A DNA stretch of 64,000 nucleotides from Antedon mediterranea. Lineage: Eukaryota; Animalia; Echinodermata. The notes beneath the pieces are model-generated. The model was not told where the DNA came from and did not search any database. It saw only the letters and a program-made list of their open reading frames with translations. The DNA lies in the NCBI RefSeq assembly GCF_964355755.1, contig NC_092677.1, forward strand, positions 20,606,101 to 20,670,100, read 5' to 3'. The translations under genes and the position numbers were made by a program. The stretch's first letter is position 1. The number at the start of each line of letters is the position of its first letter. Below, piece after piece: positions 26,901 through 41,000 of this stretch.

Positions 26901-29900
26901 CTTGTTAACATAAAAACACCAAAGTGCTTAGAAAAGCTTCAAATCGCATTTGGAGACGTTTTAGACCATTTTGTGATTTTCGAAAAAACTTGTTAACATA
27001 AAAACACCAAAGTGCTCAGAATACCTTCAAATCGTATTTTGAGACGTTTTAGACAATTTTGTGATTTTCGAAAAAACTTGTTAACATAAAAACACCAAAG
27101 TGCTTAGAAAAGCTTCAAATCGCATTTGGAGACGTTTTAGACCATTTTGTGCATTTCGATGAAACTTGGTTACACAAAAACATCAAAGTGCTTAAAATCA
27201 CATTTTGAGCATTTCGTTAAAACTTTTCACACAAAAACATCAAAGAGCAAAAAATAGCTTAATATCGTATTTAAAAACGTTTTAGACCATTTTGAGCATT
27301 TCGACAAAACTTTTTCACACAAAACATCAAAGTGTACAAAATAGCTTCAAATCGCATTTGGAGACGTTTTAGACAATTTTGTGATTTTCGAAAAAACTTG
27401 TTTACATAAAAACACCAAAGTGCTAAGAATAGCTTCCAATCGCATTTGGAGACGTTTTAGACCCTTTTGTGCATTTCGATGAAACTTGGTTACACAAAAA
27501 CATCAAAGTGCTTAAAATCACATTAGAAACCGTTTTAGAACATTTTGAGCATTTCGTTAAAATTTTTCACAGAAAAACATCAAAGAGCAAAAAATAGCTT
27601 AATATCGTATTTAAAAACGTTTTAGACCATTTTGAGCATTTCGACAAAACTTTTTCACACAAAACAACAAAGTGTACAGAATAGCTTCAAATCGCATTTG
27701 GAGACGTTTTAACCCATTTTGAGCATTTCGATAAAATTTTACACACAAAAACATCAAAGTGCACAAAATAGCTTAATATGGTATTTAAAAACGTTTTAGA
27801 CCATTTTGAGCATTTCAACAAAACTTTTTCTCACAAAACATCAAAGTGTACAGAATAGCTTCAAATCGCATTTGGAGACGTTTTAGACCATTTTGTGCAT
27901 TTCGATGAAACTTGGTTACACAAAAACATCAAAGTGCTTAAAATCACATTTTGAGCATTTCGTTAAAACTCTTCACACAAAAACATCAAAGTCCACAAAA
28001 TAGCTTAATATCGTATTTAAAAACGTTTTAGACCATTTTGAGCATTTCAAAAAAACTTTTCCACACAAAACATCAAAGTTTACAAAATAGCTTCAAATCG
28101 CATTTGGAGACGTTTTAGACCATTTGGTGATTTTCGAAAAAACTTGTTAACATAAAAACACCAAAGTGCTCAGAATACCTTCAAATCGCATTTTGAGACG
28201 TTTTAGACCATTTTGTGATTTTCGAAAAAACTTGTTAACATAAAAACACCAAAGTGCTCAGAATACCTTCAAATCGTGTTTTGAGACGTTTTAGACCATT
28301 TTGTGATTTTCGAAAAAACTTGTTAACATAAAAACACCAAAGTGCTCAGAATACCTTCAAATCGCATTTTGAGACGTTTTAGACCATTTTGTGATTTTCG
28401 AAAAAACTTGTTAACATAAAAACACCAAAGTGCTCAGAATACCTTCAAATCGTGTTTTGAGACGTTTTAGACCATTTTGTGATTTTCGAAAAAACTTGTT
28501 AACATAAAAACACCAAAGTGCTTAGAAAAGCTTCAAATCGCATTTGGAGACGTTTTAGACCATTTTGTTCATTTCGATGAAACTTGGTTACACAAAAACA
28601 TCAAAGAGCACAAAAGATCTTAATATCGTATTTAAAAACGTTTTAGACCATTTTGAGCATTTCGAAAAAACTTTTTCACACAAAACATCAAAGTGTACAA
28701 AATAGCTTCAAATCGCATTTTGAGACGTTTTAGACAATTTTGTGATTTTCGAAAAAACTTGTTTACATAAAAACACCAAAGTGCTTAGAAAAGCTTCAAA
28801 TCGCATTTGGAGACGTTTTAAACCATTTTGTTCATTTCGATGAAACTTGGTTACACAAAAACATCAAAGAGCACAAAAGTATTTAAAAACGTTTTAGACC
28901 ATTTTGAGCATTCCGTCAAAACTTTTTCACACAAAACATCAAAGTGTACAGAATAGCTTTAAATCGCATTTGGAGACGTTTTAGACCATTTTGTAGTTTT
29001 CGAAAAAACTTGTTAACATAAAAACACAAAAGAGCTTCAAATCGCATTTGGAGACGTTTTAGACCCTTTTGTGCATTTCGATGAAACTTGGTTACACAAA
29101 AACATCAAAGTGCTTAAAATCACATTTTGAGCATTTCGTTAAAACTTTTCACACAAAAACATCAAAGAGTAAAAAATAGCTTAATATCGTATTTAAAAAC
29201 GTTTTAGACCATTTTGAGCATTTCGACAAAATTTTTTCACACAAAACATCAAAGTGTACAGAATAGCTTTAAATCGCATTTGGAGACGTTTTAGACCATT
29301 TTGTTAATTTCGATGAAACAAAAACACAAAAACATCAAATTGCACAAAATGGCTTAATATGATATGGGAAAACGTTTTAGACCATTTTGAACATTTCGTT
29401 AAAAGTTTTCACACAAAAACATCAAAGTCCACAAAATAGCTTAATATCGTATTTAAAAACGTTTTAGACCATTTTGAGCATTTCGAAAAAACTTTTTCAC
29501 ACAAAACATCAAAGTTTACAAAATAGCTTCAAATCGCATTTGGAGACGTTTTAGACCATTTTGTGATTTTCGAAAAAACTTGTTAACATAAAAACACCAA
29601 AGTGCTCAGAAAAGCTTCAAATCGCATTTGGAGACGTTTTAAACCATTTTGTTCATTTCGATGAAACTTGGTTACACAAAAACATCAAAGAGCACAAAAG
29701 TATTTAAAAACGTTTTAGACCATTTTGAGCATTCCGACAAAACTTTTTCACACAAAACATCAAAGTGTACAGAATAGCTTTAAATCGCATTTGGAGACGT
29801 TTTAACCCATTTTGAGCATTTCGATAAAATTTTACAAACAAAAACATCAAAGTGCACAAAATAGCTTAATATGGTATTTAAAAACGTTTTAGACCATTTT

Positions 29901-32199
29901 GAGCATTTCAACAAAACTTTTTCTCACAAAACATCAAAGTGTACAGAATAGCTTCAAATCGCATTTGGAGACGTTTTAGACCATTTTGTGCATTTCGATG
30001 AAACTTGGTTACACAAAAACATCAAAGTGCTTAAAATCACATTTTGAGCATTTCGTTAAAACTTTTCACACAAAAACATCAAAGTCCACAAAATAGCTTA
30101 ATATCGTATTTAAAAACGTTTTAGACCATTTTGAGCATTTCGAAAAAACTTTTCCACACAAAACATCAAAGTTTACAAAATAGCTTCAAATCGCATTTGG
30201 AGACGTTTTAGACCATTTTGTGATTTTCGTAAAAACTTGTTAACATAAAAACACCAAAGTGCTTAGAAAAGCTTCAAATCGCATTTGGAGACGTTTTAGA
30301 CCATTTTGTGCATTTCGATGAAACTTGGTTACACAAAAACATCAAAGTGCTTAAAATCACATTTTGAACATTTCGTTAAAAGTTTTCACACAAAAACATC
30401 AAAGAGTAAAAAATAGCTTAATATCGTATTTAAAAACGTTTTAGACCATTTTGAGCATTTCGAAAAAACTTTTCCACACAAAACATCAAAGTTTACAAAA
30501 TAGCTTCAAATCGCATTTGGAGACGTTTTAGACCATTTTGTGATTTTCGAAAAAACTTGTTAACATAAAAACACCAAAGTGCTCAGAATACCTTCAAATC
30601 GCATTTGGAGACGTTTTAGACCATTTTGTGATTTTCGAAAAAACTTGTTAACATAAAAACACCAAAGTGCTCAGAAAAGCTTCAAATCGCATTTGGAGAC
30701 GTTTTAAACCATTTTGTTCATTTCGATGAAACTTGGTTACACAAAAACATCAAAGAGCACAAAAGTATTTAAAAACGTTTTAGACCATTTTGAGCATTCC
30801 GACAAAACTTTTTCACACAAAACATCAAAGTGTACAGAATAGCTTTAAATCGCATTTGGAGACGTTTTAGACCATTTTGTAGTTTTCGAAAAAACTTGTT
30901 AACATAAAAACACAAAAGAGCTTCAAATCGCATTTGGAGACGTTTTAGACCCTTTTGTGCATTTCGATGAAACTTGGTTACACAAAAACATCAAAGTGCT
31001 TAAAATCACATTAGAAACCGTTTTAGACCATTTTGAGAATTTCGTTAAAACTTTTCACACAAAAACATCAAAGTCCACAAAATAGCTTAATATCGTATTT
31101 AAAAACGTTTTAGACAATTTTGAGCATTTCGAAAAAACTTTTTCACACAAAACATCAAAGTTTACAAAATAGCTTCAAATCGCATTTGGAGACGTTTTAG
31201 ACCATTTTGTGATTTTCGAAAAAACTTGTTAACATAAAAACACCAAAGTGCTCAGAATACCTTCAAATCGCATTTTGAGACGTTTTAGACCATTTTGTTC
31301 ATTTCGATGAAACAAAAACACAAAAACATCAAATTGCACAAAATGGCTTAATATGATATGGGAAAACGTTTTAGACCATTTTGAACATTTCGTTAAAAGT
31401 TTTCACACAAAAACATCAAAGTCCACAAAATAGCTTAATATCGTATTTAAAAACGTTTTAGACCATTTTGAGCATTTCGAAAAAACTTTTCCACACAAAA
31501 CATCAAAGTTTACAAAATAGCTTCAAATCGCATTTGGAGACGTTTTAGACCATTTTGTGATTTTCGAAAAAACTTGTTAACATAAAAACACAAAAGTGCT
31601 CAGAATACCTTCAAATCGCATTTGGAGACGTTTTAGACCATTTTGTAGTTTTCGAAAAAACTTGTTAACATAAAAACACCAAAGAGCTTCAAATCGCATT
31701 TGGAGACGTTTTAGACCCTTTTGTGCATTTCGATGAAACTTGGTTACACAAAAACATCAAAGTGCTTAAAATCACATTAGAAACCGTTTTAGACCATTTT
31801 GAGCATTTCGTTAAAACTTTTCACACAAAAACATCAAAGTCCACAAAATAGCTTAATATCGTATTTAAAAACGTTTTAGACCATTTTGAGCATTTCGAAA
31901 AAACTTTTTCACACAAAACATCAAAGTTTACAAAATAGCTTCAAATCGCATTTGGAGACGTTTTAGACCATTTTGTGATTTTCGAAAAAACTTGTTAACA
32001 TAAAAACACCAAAGTGCTCAGAATACCTTCAAATCGCATTTTGAGACGTTTTAGACCATTTTGTGATTTTCGAAAAAACAACATAAAAACACCAAAGTGC
32101 TCAGAATACCTTCAAATCGCATTTGGAGACGTTTTAGACCATTTTGTGATTTTCGAAAAAACTTGTTAACATAAAAACACCAAAGTGCTCAGAATACCT

Positions 32200-35100
32200 T
32201 CAAATCGTATTTTGAGACGTTTTAGACAATTTTGTGATTTTCGAGAAAACTTGTTAACATAAAAACACCAAAGTGCTTAGAAAAGCTTCAAATCGCATTT
32301 GGAGACGTTTTAGACCATTTTGTGCATTTCGATGAAACTTGGTTACACAAAAACATCAAAGTGTACAGAATAGCTTCAAATCGCATTAGAAACCGTTTTA
32401 GACCATTTTGAGCATTTCGAAAAAACTTTTTCACACCAAACATCAAAGTGTACAAAATAGCTTCAAATCGCATTTGGAGACGTTTTAGACAATTTTGTGA
32501 TTTTCGAAAAAACTTGTTTACATAAAAACACGAAAGTGCTAAGAATAGCTTCCAATCGCATTTGGAGACGTTTTAGACCCTTTTGTGCATTTCGATGAAA
32601 CTTGGTTACACAAAAACATCAAAGTGCTTAAAATCACATTAGAAACCGTTTTAGACCATTTTGAGCATTTCGTTAAAATTTTTCACAGAAAAACATGAAA
32701 GAGCAAAAAATAGCTTAATATCGTATTTAAAAACGTTTTAGACCATTTTGAGCATTTCGACAAAACTTTTTCACACAAAATATCAAAGTGTACAGAATAG
32801 CTTCAAATCGCATTTTGAGACGCTTTAACCCATTTTGAGCATTTCGATAAAATTTTACACACAAAAACATCAAAGTGCACAAAATAGCTTAATATGGTAT
32901 TTAAAAACGTTTTAGACCATTTTGAGCAATTCAACAAAACTTTTGCTCACAAAACATCAAAGTGTACAGAATAGCTTCAAATCGCATTTGGAGACGTTTT
33001 AGACCATTTTGTGCATTTCGATGAAACTTGGTTACACAAAAACATCAAAGTGCTTAAAATCACATTTTGAGCATTTCGTTAAAACTTTTCACACAAAAAC
33101 ATCAAAGTCCACAAAATAGCTTAATATCGTATTTAAAAACGTTTTAGACCATTTTGAGCATTTCGAAAAAACTTTTCCACACCAAACATCAAAGTTTACA
33201 AAATAGCTTCAAATCGCATTTGGAGACGTTTTAGACCATTTTGTGATTTTCGAAAAAACTTGTTAACATAAAAACACCAAAGTGCTCAGAATACCTTCAA
33301 ATCGCATTTGGAGACGTTTTAGACCCTTTTGTGCATTTCGATGAAACTTGGTTACACAAAAACATCAAAGTGCTTAAAATCACATTAGAAACTGTTTTAG
33401 ACCATTTTGAGCATTTCGTTAAAATTTGTCACAGAAAAACATCAAAGAGCAAAAAATATCTTAATATCGTATTTAAAAACGTTTTAGACCATTTTGAGCA
33501 TTTCGACAAAACTTTTTCACACAAAACATCAAAGTGTACAAAATAGCTTCAAATCGCATTTGGAGACGTTTTAACCCATTTTGAGCATTTCGATAAAATT
33601 TTACACACAAAAACATCAAAGTGCACAAAATAGCTTAATATGGTATTTAAAAACGTTTTAGACCATTTTGAGCATTTCAACAAAACTTTTTCTCACAAAA
33701 CATCAAAGTGTACAGAATAGCTTCAAATCGCATTTGGAGACGTTTTAGACTTTTTTGTGCATTTCGATGAAACTTGGTTACACAAAAACATCAAAGTGCT
33801 TAAAATCACATTTTGAGCATTTCGTTAAAACTTTTCACACAAAAACATCAAAGTCCACAAAATAGCTTAATATCGTATTTAAAAACGTTTTAGACCATTT
33901 TGAGCATTTCGAAAAAACTTTTCCACACAAAACATCAAAGTTTACAAAATAGCTTCAAATCGCATTTGGAGACGTTTTAGACCATTTTGTGATTTTCGAA
34001 AAAACTTGATAACATAAAAACACCAAAGTGCTCAGAATACCTTCAAATCGTGTTTTGAGACGTTTTAGACCATTTTGTAATTTTCGAAAAAACTTGTTAA
34101 CATAAAAACACCAAAGTGCTCAGAATACCTTCACATCGCATTTTGAGACGTTTTAGACCATTTTGTGATTTTCGAAAAAACTTGTTAACATAAAAACACC
34201 AAAGTGCTTAGAAAAGCTTGAAATCGCATTTGGAGACGTTTTAGACCATTTTGTGCATTTCGATGAAACTTGGTTACACAAAAACATCAAAGTGCTTAAA
34301 ATCACATTTTGAGCATTTCGTTAAAACTTTTCACACAAAAACATCAAAGAGTAAAAAATAGCTTAATATCGTATTTAAAAACGTTTTAGACCATTTTGAG
34401 CATTTCGACAAAATTTTTTCACACAAAACATCAAAGTGTACAGAATAGCTTTAAATCGCATTTGGAGACGTTTTAGACCATTTTGTTAATTTCGATGAAA
34501 CAAAAACACAAAAACATCAAATTGCACAAAATGGCTTAATATGATATGGGAAAACGTTTTAGACCATTTTGAACATTTCGTTAAAAGTTTTCACACAAAA
34601 ACATCAAAGTCCACAAAATAGCTTAATATCGTATTTAAAAACGTTTTAGACCATTTTGAGCATTTCGAAAAAACTTTTTCACACAAAACATCAAAGTTTA
34701 CAAAATAGCTTCAAATCGCATTTGGAGACGTTTTAGACCATTTTGTGATTTTCGAAAAAACTTGTTAACATAAAAACACCAAAGTTCTCAGAATACCTTC
34801 AAATCGTATTTTGAGACGTTTTAGACAACTTTGTGATTTTCGAAAAAACTTGTTAACATAAAAACACCAAAGTGCTTAGAAAAGCTTCAAATCGCATTTG
34901 GAGACGTTTTAGACCATTTTGTGCATTTCGATGAAACTTGGTTACACAAAAACATCAAAGTGTACAGAATAGCTTCAAATCGCATTAGAAACCGTTTTAG
35001 ACCATTTTGAGCATTTCGAAAAAACTTTTTCACACCAAACATCAAAGTGTACAAAATAGCTTCAAATCGCATTTGAAGACGTTTTAGACAATTTTGTGAT

Positions 35101-37300
35101 TTTCGAAAAAACTTGTTTACATAAAAACACGAAAGTGCTAAGAATAGCTTCCAATCGCATTTGGAGACGTTTTAGACCCTTTTGTGCATTTCGATGAAAC
35201 TTGGTTACACAAAAACATCAAAGTGCTTAAAATCACATTTTGAGCATTTCGTTAAAACTTTTCACACAAAAACATCAAAGAGTAAAAAATAGCTTAATAT
35301 CGTATTTAAAAACGTTTTAGACCATTTTGAGCATTTCGACAAAATTTTTTCACACAAAACATCAAAGTGCACAAAATAGCTTAATATGGTATTTAAAAAC
35401 GTTTTAGACCATTTTGAGCAATTCAACAAAACTTTTTCTCACAAAACATCAAAGTGTACAGAATAGCTTCAAATCGCATTTGGAGACGTTTTAGACCATT
35501 TTGTGCATTTCGATGAAACTTGGTTAAACAAAAACATCAAAGTGCTTAAAATCACATTTTGAGCATTTCGTTAAAACTTTTCACACAAAAACATCAAAGT
35601 CCACAAAATAGCTTAATATCGTATTTAAAAACGTTTTAGACCATTTTGAGCATTTCGAAAAAACTTTTCCACACCAAACATCAAAGTTTACAAAATAGCT
35701 TCAAATCGCATTTGGAGACGTTTTAGACCATTTTGTGATTTTCGAAAAAACTTGTTAACATAAAAACACCAAAGTGCTCAGAATACCTTCAAATCGCATT
35801 TGGAGACGTTTTAGACCCTTTTGTGCATTTCGATGAAACTTGGTTACACAAAAACATCAAAGTGCTTAAAATCACATTAGAAACCGTTTTAGACCATTTT
35901 GAGCATTTCGTTAAAATTTGTCACAGAAAAACATCAAAGAGCAAAAAATATCTTAATATCGTATTTAAAAACGTTTTAGACCATTTTGCGCATTTCGACA
36001 AAACTTTTTCACACAAAACATCAAAGTGTACAAAATAGCTTCAAATCGCATTTGGAGACGTTTTAACCCATTTTGAGCATTTCGATAAAATTTTACACAC
36101 AAAAACATCAAAGTGCACAAAATAGCTTAATATGGTATTTAAAAACGTTTTAGACCATTTTGAGCATTTCAACAAAACTTTTTCTCACAAAACATCAAAG
36201 TGTACAGAATAGCTTCAAATCGCATTTGGAGACGTTTTAGACTTTTTTGTGCATTTCGATGAAACTTGGTTACACAAAAACATCAAAGTGCTTAAAATCA
36301 CATTTTGAGCATTTCGTTAAAACTTTTCACACAAAAACATCAAAGTCCACAAAATAGCTTAATATCGTATTTAAAAACGTTTTAGACCATTTTGAGCATT
36401 TCGAAAAAACTTTTCCACACAAAACATCAAAGTTTACAAAATAGCTTCAAATCGCATTTGGAGACGTTTTAGACCATTTTGTGATTTTCGAAAAAACTTG
36501 ATAACATAAAAACACCAAAGTGCTCAGAATACCTTCAAATCGTGTTTTGAGACGTTTTAGACCATTTTGTAATTTTCGAAAAAACTTGTTAACATAAAAA
36601 CACCAAAGTGCTCAGAATACCTTCACATCGCATTTTGAGACGTTTTAGACCATTTTGTGATTTTCGAAAAAACTTGTTAACATAAAAACACCAAAGTGCT
36701 TAGAAAAGCTTGAAATCGCATTTGGAGACGTTTTAGACCATTTTGTGCATTTCGATGAAACTTGGTTACACAAAAACATCAAAGTGCTTAAAATCACATT
36801 TTGAGCATTTCGTTAAAACTTTTCACACAAAAACATCAAAGAGTAAAAAATAGCTTAATATCGTATTTAAAAACGTTTTAGACCATTTTGAGCATTTCGA
36901 CAAAATTTTTTCACACAAAACATCAAAGTGTACAGAATAGCTTTAAATCGCATTTGGAGACGTTTTAGACCATTTTGTTCATTTCGATGAAACAAAAACA
37001 CAAAAACATCAAATTGCACAAAATGGCTTAATATGATATGGGAAAACGTTTTAGACCATTTTGAACATTTCGTTAAAAGTTTTCACACAAAAACATCAAA
37101 GTCCACAAAATAGCTTAATATCGTATTTAAAAACGTTTTAGACCATTTTGAGCATTTCGAAAAAACTTTTTCACACAAAACATCAAAGTTTACAAAATAG
37201 CTTCAAATCGCATTTGGAGACGTTATAGACCATTTTGTGATTTTCGAAAAAACTTGTTAACATAAAAACACCAAAGTGCTCAGAATACCTTCAAATCGCA
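32200..37300 (+). repeat. Tandem duplication of a ~2.5-2.6 kb unit (offsets 2599 then 2492)
   Basis: ORF markers 32288/34887 and 33331/35823; shared rare variants CACACCAAAC, ACACGAAAG, TTTGTCACAG, GACTTTTTTG and TTGATAAC. Confidence 0.85.
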
Positions 37301-38069
37301 TTTTGAGACGTTTTAGACCATTTTGTGATTTTCGAAAAAACTTGTTAACATAAAAACACCAAAGTGCTCAGAATCGTGTTTTGAGACGTTTTAGACCATT
37401 TTGTGATTTTCGAAAAAACTTGTTAACATAAAAACACCAAAGTGCTCAGAATACCTTCAAATCGTGTTTTGAGACGTTTTAGACCATTTTGTGATTTTGG
37501 AAAAACTTGTTAACATAAAAACACCAAAGTGCTCAGAATACCTTCAAATCGCATTTGGAGACGTTTTAGACCATTTTGTGATTTTCGAAAAAACTTGTTA
37601 ACATAAAAACACCAAAGTGCTCAGAAAAGCTTCAAATCGCAATTGGAGACGTTTTAAACCATTTTGTTCATTTCGATGAAACTTGGTTACACAAAAACAT
37701 CAAATTGCACAAAATGGCTTAATATGGTATGGGAAAACGTTTTAGACCATTTTGAACATTTCGAGAAAACTTTTTCACACAAAACTTCAAAGTGTACAGA
37801 ATAGCTTCAAATCGCATTAGAAACCGTTTTAGACCATTTTGAGCATTTCGAAAAAACTTTTTCACACAAAACATCAAAGTTTACAAAATAGCTTCAAATC
37901 GCATTTGGAGACGTTTTAGACCATTTTGTGATTTTCGAAAAAACTTGTTAACATAAAAACACCAAAGTGCTCAGAATACCTTCAAATCGCATTTTGAGAC
38001 GTTTTAGACCATTTTGTGATTTTCGAAAAAACTTGTTAACATAAAAATACCAAAGTGCTCTGAATACCT

Positions 38070-41000
38070 TCAAATCGTATTTTGAGACGTTTTAGACAAT
38101 TTTGTGATTTTCGAAAAAACTTGTTAACATAAAAACACCAAAGTGCTTAGAAAAGCTTCAAATCGCATTTGGAGACGTTTTAGACCATTTTGTGCATTTC
38201 GATGAAACTTGGTTACACAAAAACATCAAAGTGTACAGAATAGCTTCAAATCGCATTAGAAACCGTTTTAGACCATTTTGAGCATTTCGAAAAAACTTTT
38301 TCACACAAAACATCAAAGTGTACAAAATAGCTTCAAATCGCATTTGGAGACGTTTTAGACAATTTTGTGATTTTCGAAAAAACTTGTTTACATAAAAACA
38401 CCAAAGTGCTAAGAATAGCTTCCAATCGCATTTGGAGACGTTTTAGACCCTTTTGTGCATTTCGATGAAACTTGGTTACACAAAAACATCAAAGTGCTTA
38501 AAATCACATTAGAAACCGTTTTAGACCATTTTGAGCATTTCGTTAAAATTTTTCACAGAAAAACATCAAAGAGCAAAAAATAGCTTAATATCGTATTTAA
38601 AAACGTTTTAGACCATTTTGAGCATTTCGACAAAACTTTTTCTCACAAAACATCAAAGTGTACAGAATAGCTTCAAATCGCATTTGGAGACGTTTTAGAC
38701 CATTTTGTGCATTTCGATGAAACTTGGTTACACAAAAACATCAAAGTGCTTAAAATCACATTTTGAGCATTTCGTTAAAACTTTTCACACAAAAACATCA
38801 AAGAGTAAAAAATAGCTTAATATCGTATTTAAAAACGTTTTAGACCATTTTGAGCATTTCGACAAAATTTTTTCACACAAAACATCAAAGTGTACAGAAT
38901 AGCTTTAAATCGCATTTGGAGACGTTTTAGACCATTTTGTTAATTTCGATGAAACAAAAACACAAAAACATCAAATTGCACAAAATGGCTTAATATGATA
39001 TGGGAAAACGTTTTAGACCATTTTGAACATTTCGTTAAAAGTTTTCACACAAAAACATCAAAGTCCACAAAATAGCTTAATATCGTATTTAAAAACGTTT
39101 TAGACCATTTTGAGCATTTCGAAAAAACTTTTTCACACTAAACATCAAAGTTTACAAAATAGCTTCAAATCGCATTTGGAGACGTTTTAGACCATTTTGT
39201 GATTTTCGAAAAAACTTGTTAACATAAAAACACCAAAGTGCTCAGAATACCTTCAAATCGCATTTTGAGACGTTTTAGACCATTTTGTGATTTTCGAAAA
39301 AACTTGTTAACATAAAAACACCAAAGTGCTCAGAATACCTTCAAATCGTGTTTTGAGACGTTTTAGACCATTTTGTGATTTTCGAAAAAACTTGTTAACA
39401 TAAAAACACCAAAGTGCTCAGAATACCTTCAAATCGCATTTTGAGACGTTTTAGACCATTTTGTGATTTTCGAAAAAACTTGTTAACATAAAAACACCAA
39501 AGTGCTCAGAATACCTTCAAATCGTGTTTTGAGACGTTTTAGACCATTTTGTGATTTTCGAAAAAACTTGTTAACATAAAAACACCAAAGTGCTTAGAAA
39601 AGCTTCAAATCGCATTTGGAGACGTTTTAGACCATTTTGTTCATTTCGATGAAACTTGGTTACACAAAAACATCAAAGAGCACAAAAGATCTTAATATCG
39701 TATTTAAAAACGTTTTAGACCATTTTGAGCATTTCGAAAAAACTTTTTCACACAAAACATCAAAGTGTACAAAATAGCTTCAAATCGCATTTTGAGACGT
39801 TTTAGACAATTTTGTGATTTTCGAAAAAACTTGTTTACATAAAAACACCAAAGTGCTTAGAAAAGCTTCAAATCGCATTTGGAGACGTTTTCAACCATTT
39901 TGTTCATTTCGATGAAACTTGGTTACACAAAAACATCAAAGAGCACAAAAGTATTTAAAAACGTTTTAGACCATTTTGAGCATTCCGTCAAAACTTTTTC
40001 ACACAAAACATCAAAGTGTACAGAATAGCTTTAAATCGCATTTGGAGACGTTTTAGACCATTTTGTAGTTTTCGAAAAAACTTGTTAACATAAAAACACA
40101 AAAGAGCTTCAAATCGCATTTGGAGACGTTTTAGACCCTTTTGTGCATTTCGATGAAACTTGGTTACACAAAAACATCAAAGTGCTTAAAATCACATTTT
40201 GAGCATTTCGTTAAAACTTTTCACACAAAAACATCAAAGAGTAAAAAATAGCTTAATATCGTATTTAAAAACGTTTTAGACCATTTTGAGCATTTCGACA
40301 AAATTTTTTCACACAAAACATCAAAGTGTACAGAATAGCTTTAAATCGCATTTAGAGACGTTTTAGACCATTTTGTTAATTTCGATGAAACAAAAACACA
40401 AAAACATCAAATTGCACAAAATGGCTTAATATGATATGGGAAAACGTTTTAGACCATTTTGAACATTTCGTTAAAAGTTTTCACACAAAAACATCAAAGT
40501 CCACAAAATAGCTTAATATCGTATTTAAAAACGTTTTAGACCATTTTGAGCATTTCAAAAAAACTTTTTCACACAAAACATCAAAGTTTACAAAATAGCT
40601 TCAAATCGCATTTGGAGACGTTTTAGACCATTTTGTGATTTTCGAAAAAACTTGTTAACATAAAAACACCAAAGTGCTCAGAAAAGCTTCAAATCGCATT
40701 TGGAGACGTTTTAAACCATTTTGTTCATTTCGATGAAACTTGGTTACACAAAAACATCAAAGAGCACAAAAGTATTTAAAAACGTTTTAGACCATTTTGA
40801 GCATTCCGACAAAACTTTTTCACACAAAACATCAAAGTGTACAGAATAGCTTTAAATCGCATTTGGAGACGTTTTAGACCATTTTGTAGTTTTCGAAAAA
40901 ACTTGTTAACATAAAAACACAAAAGAGCTTCAAATCGCATTTGGAGACGTTTTAGACCCTTTTGTGCATTTCGATGAAACTTGGTTACACAAAAACATCA

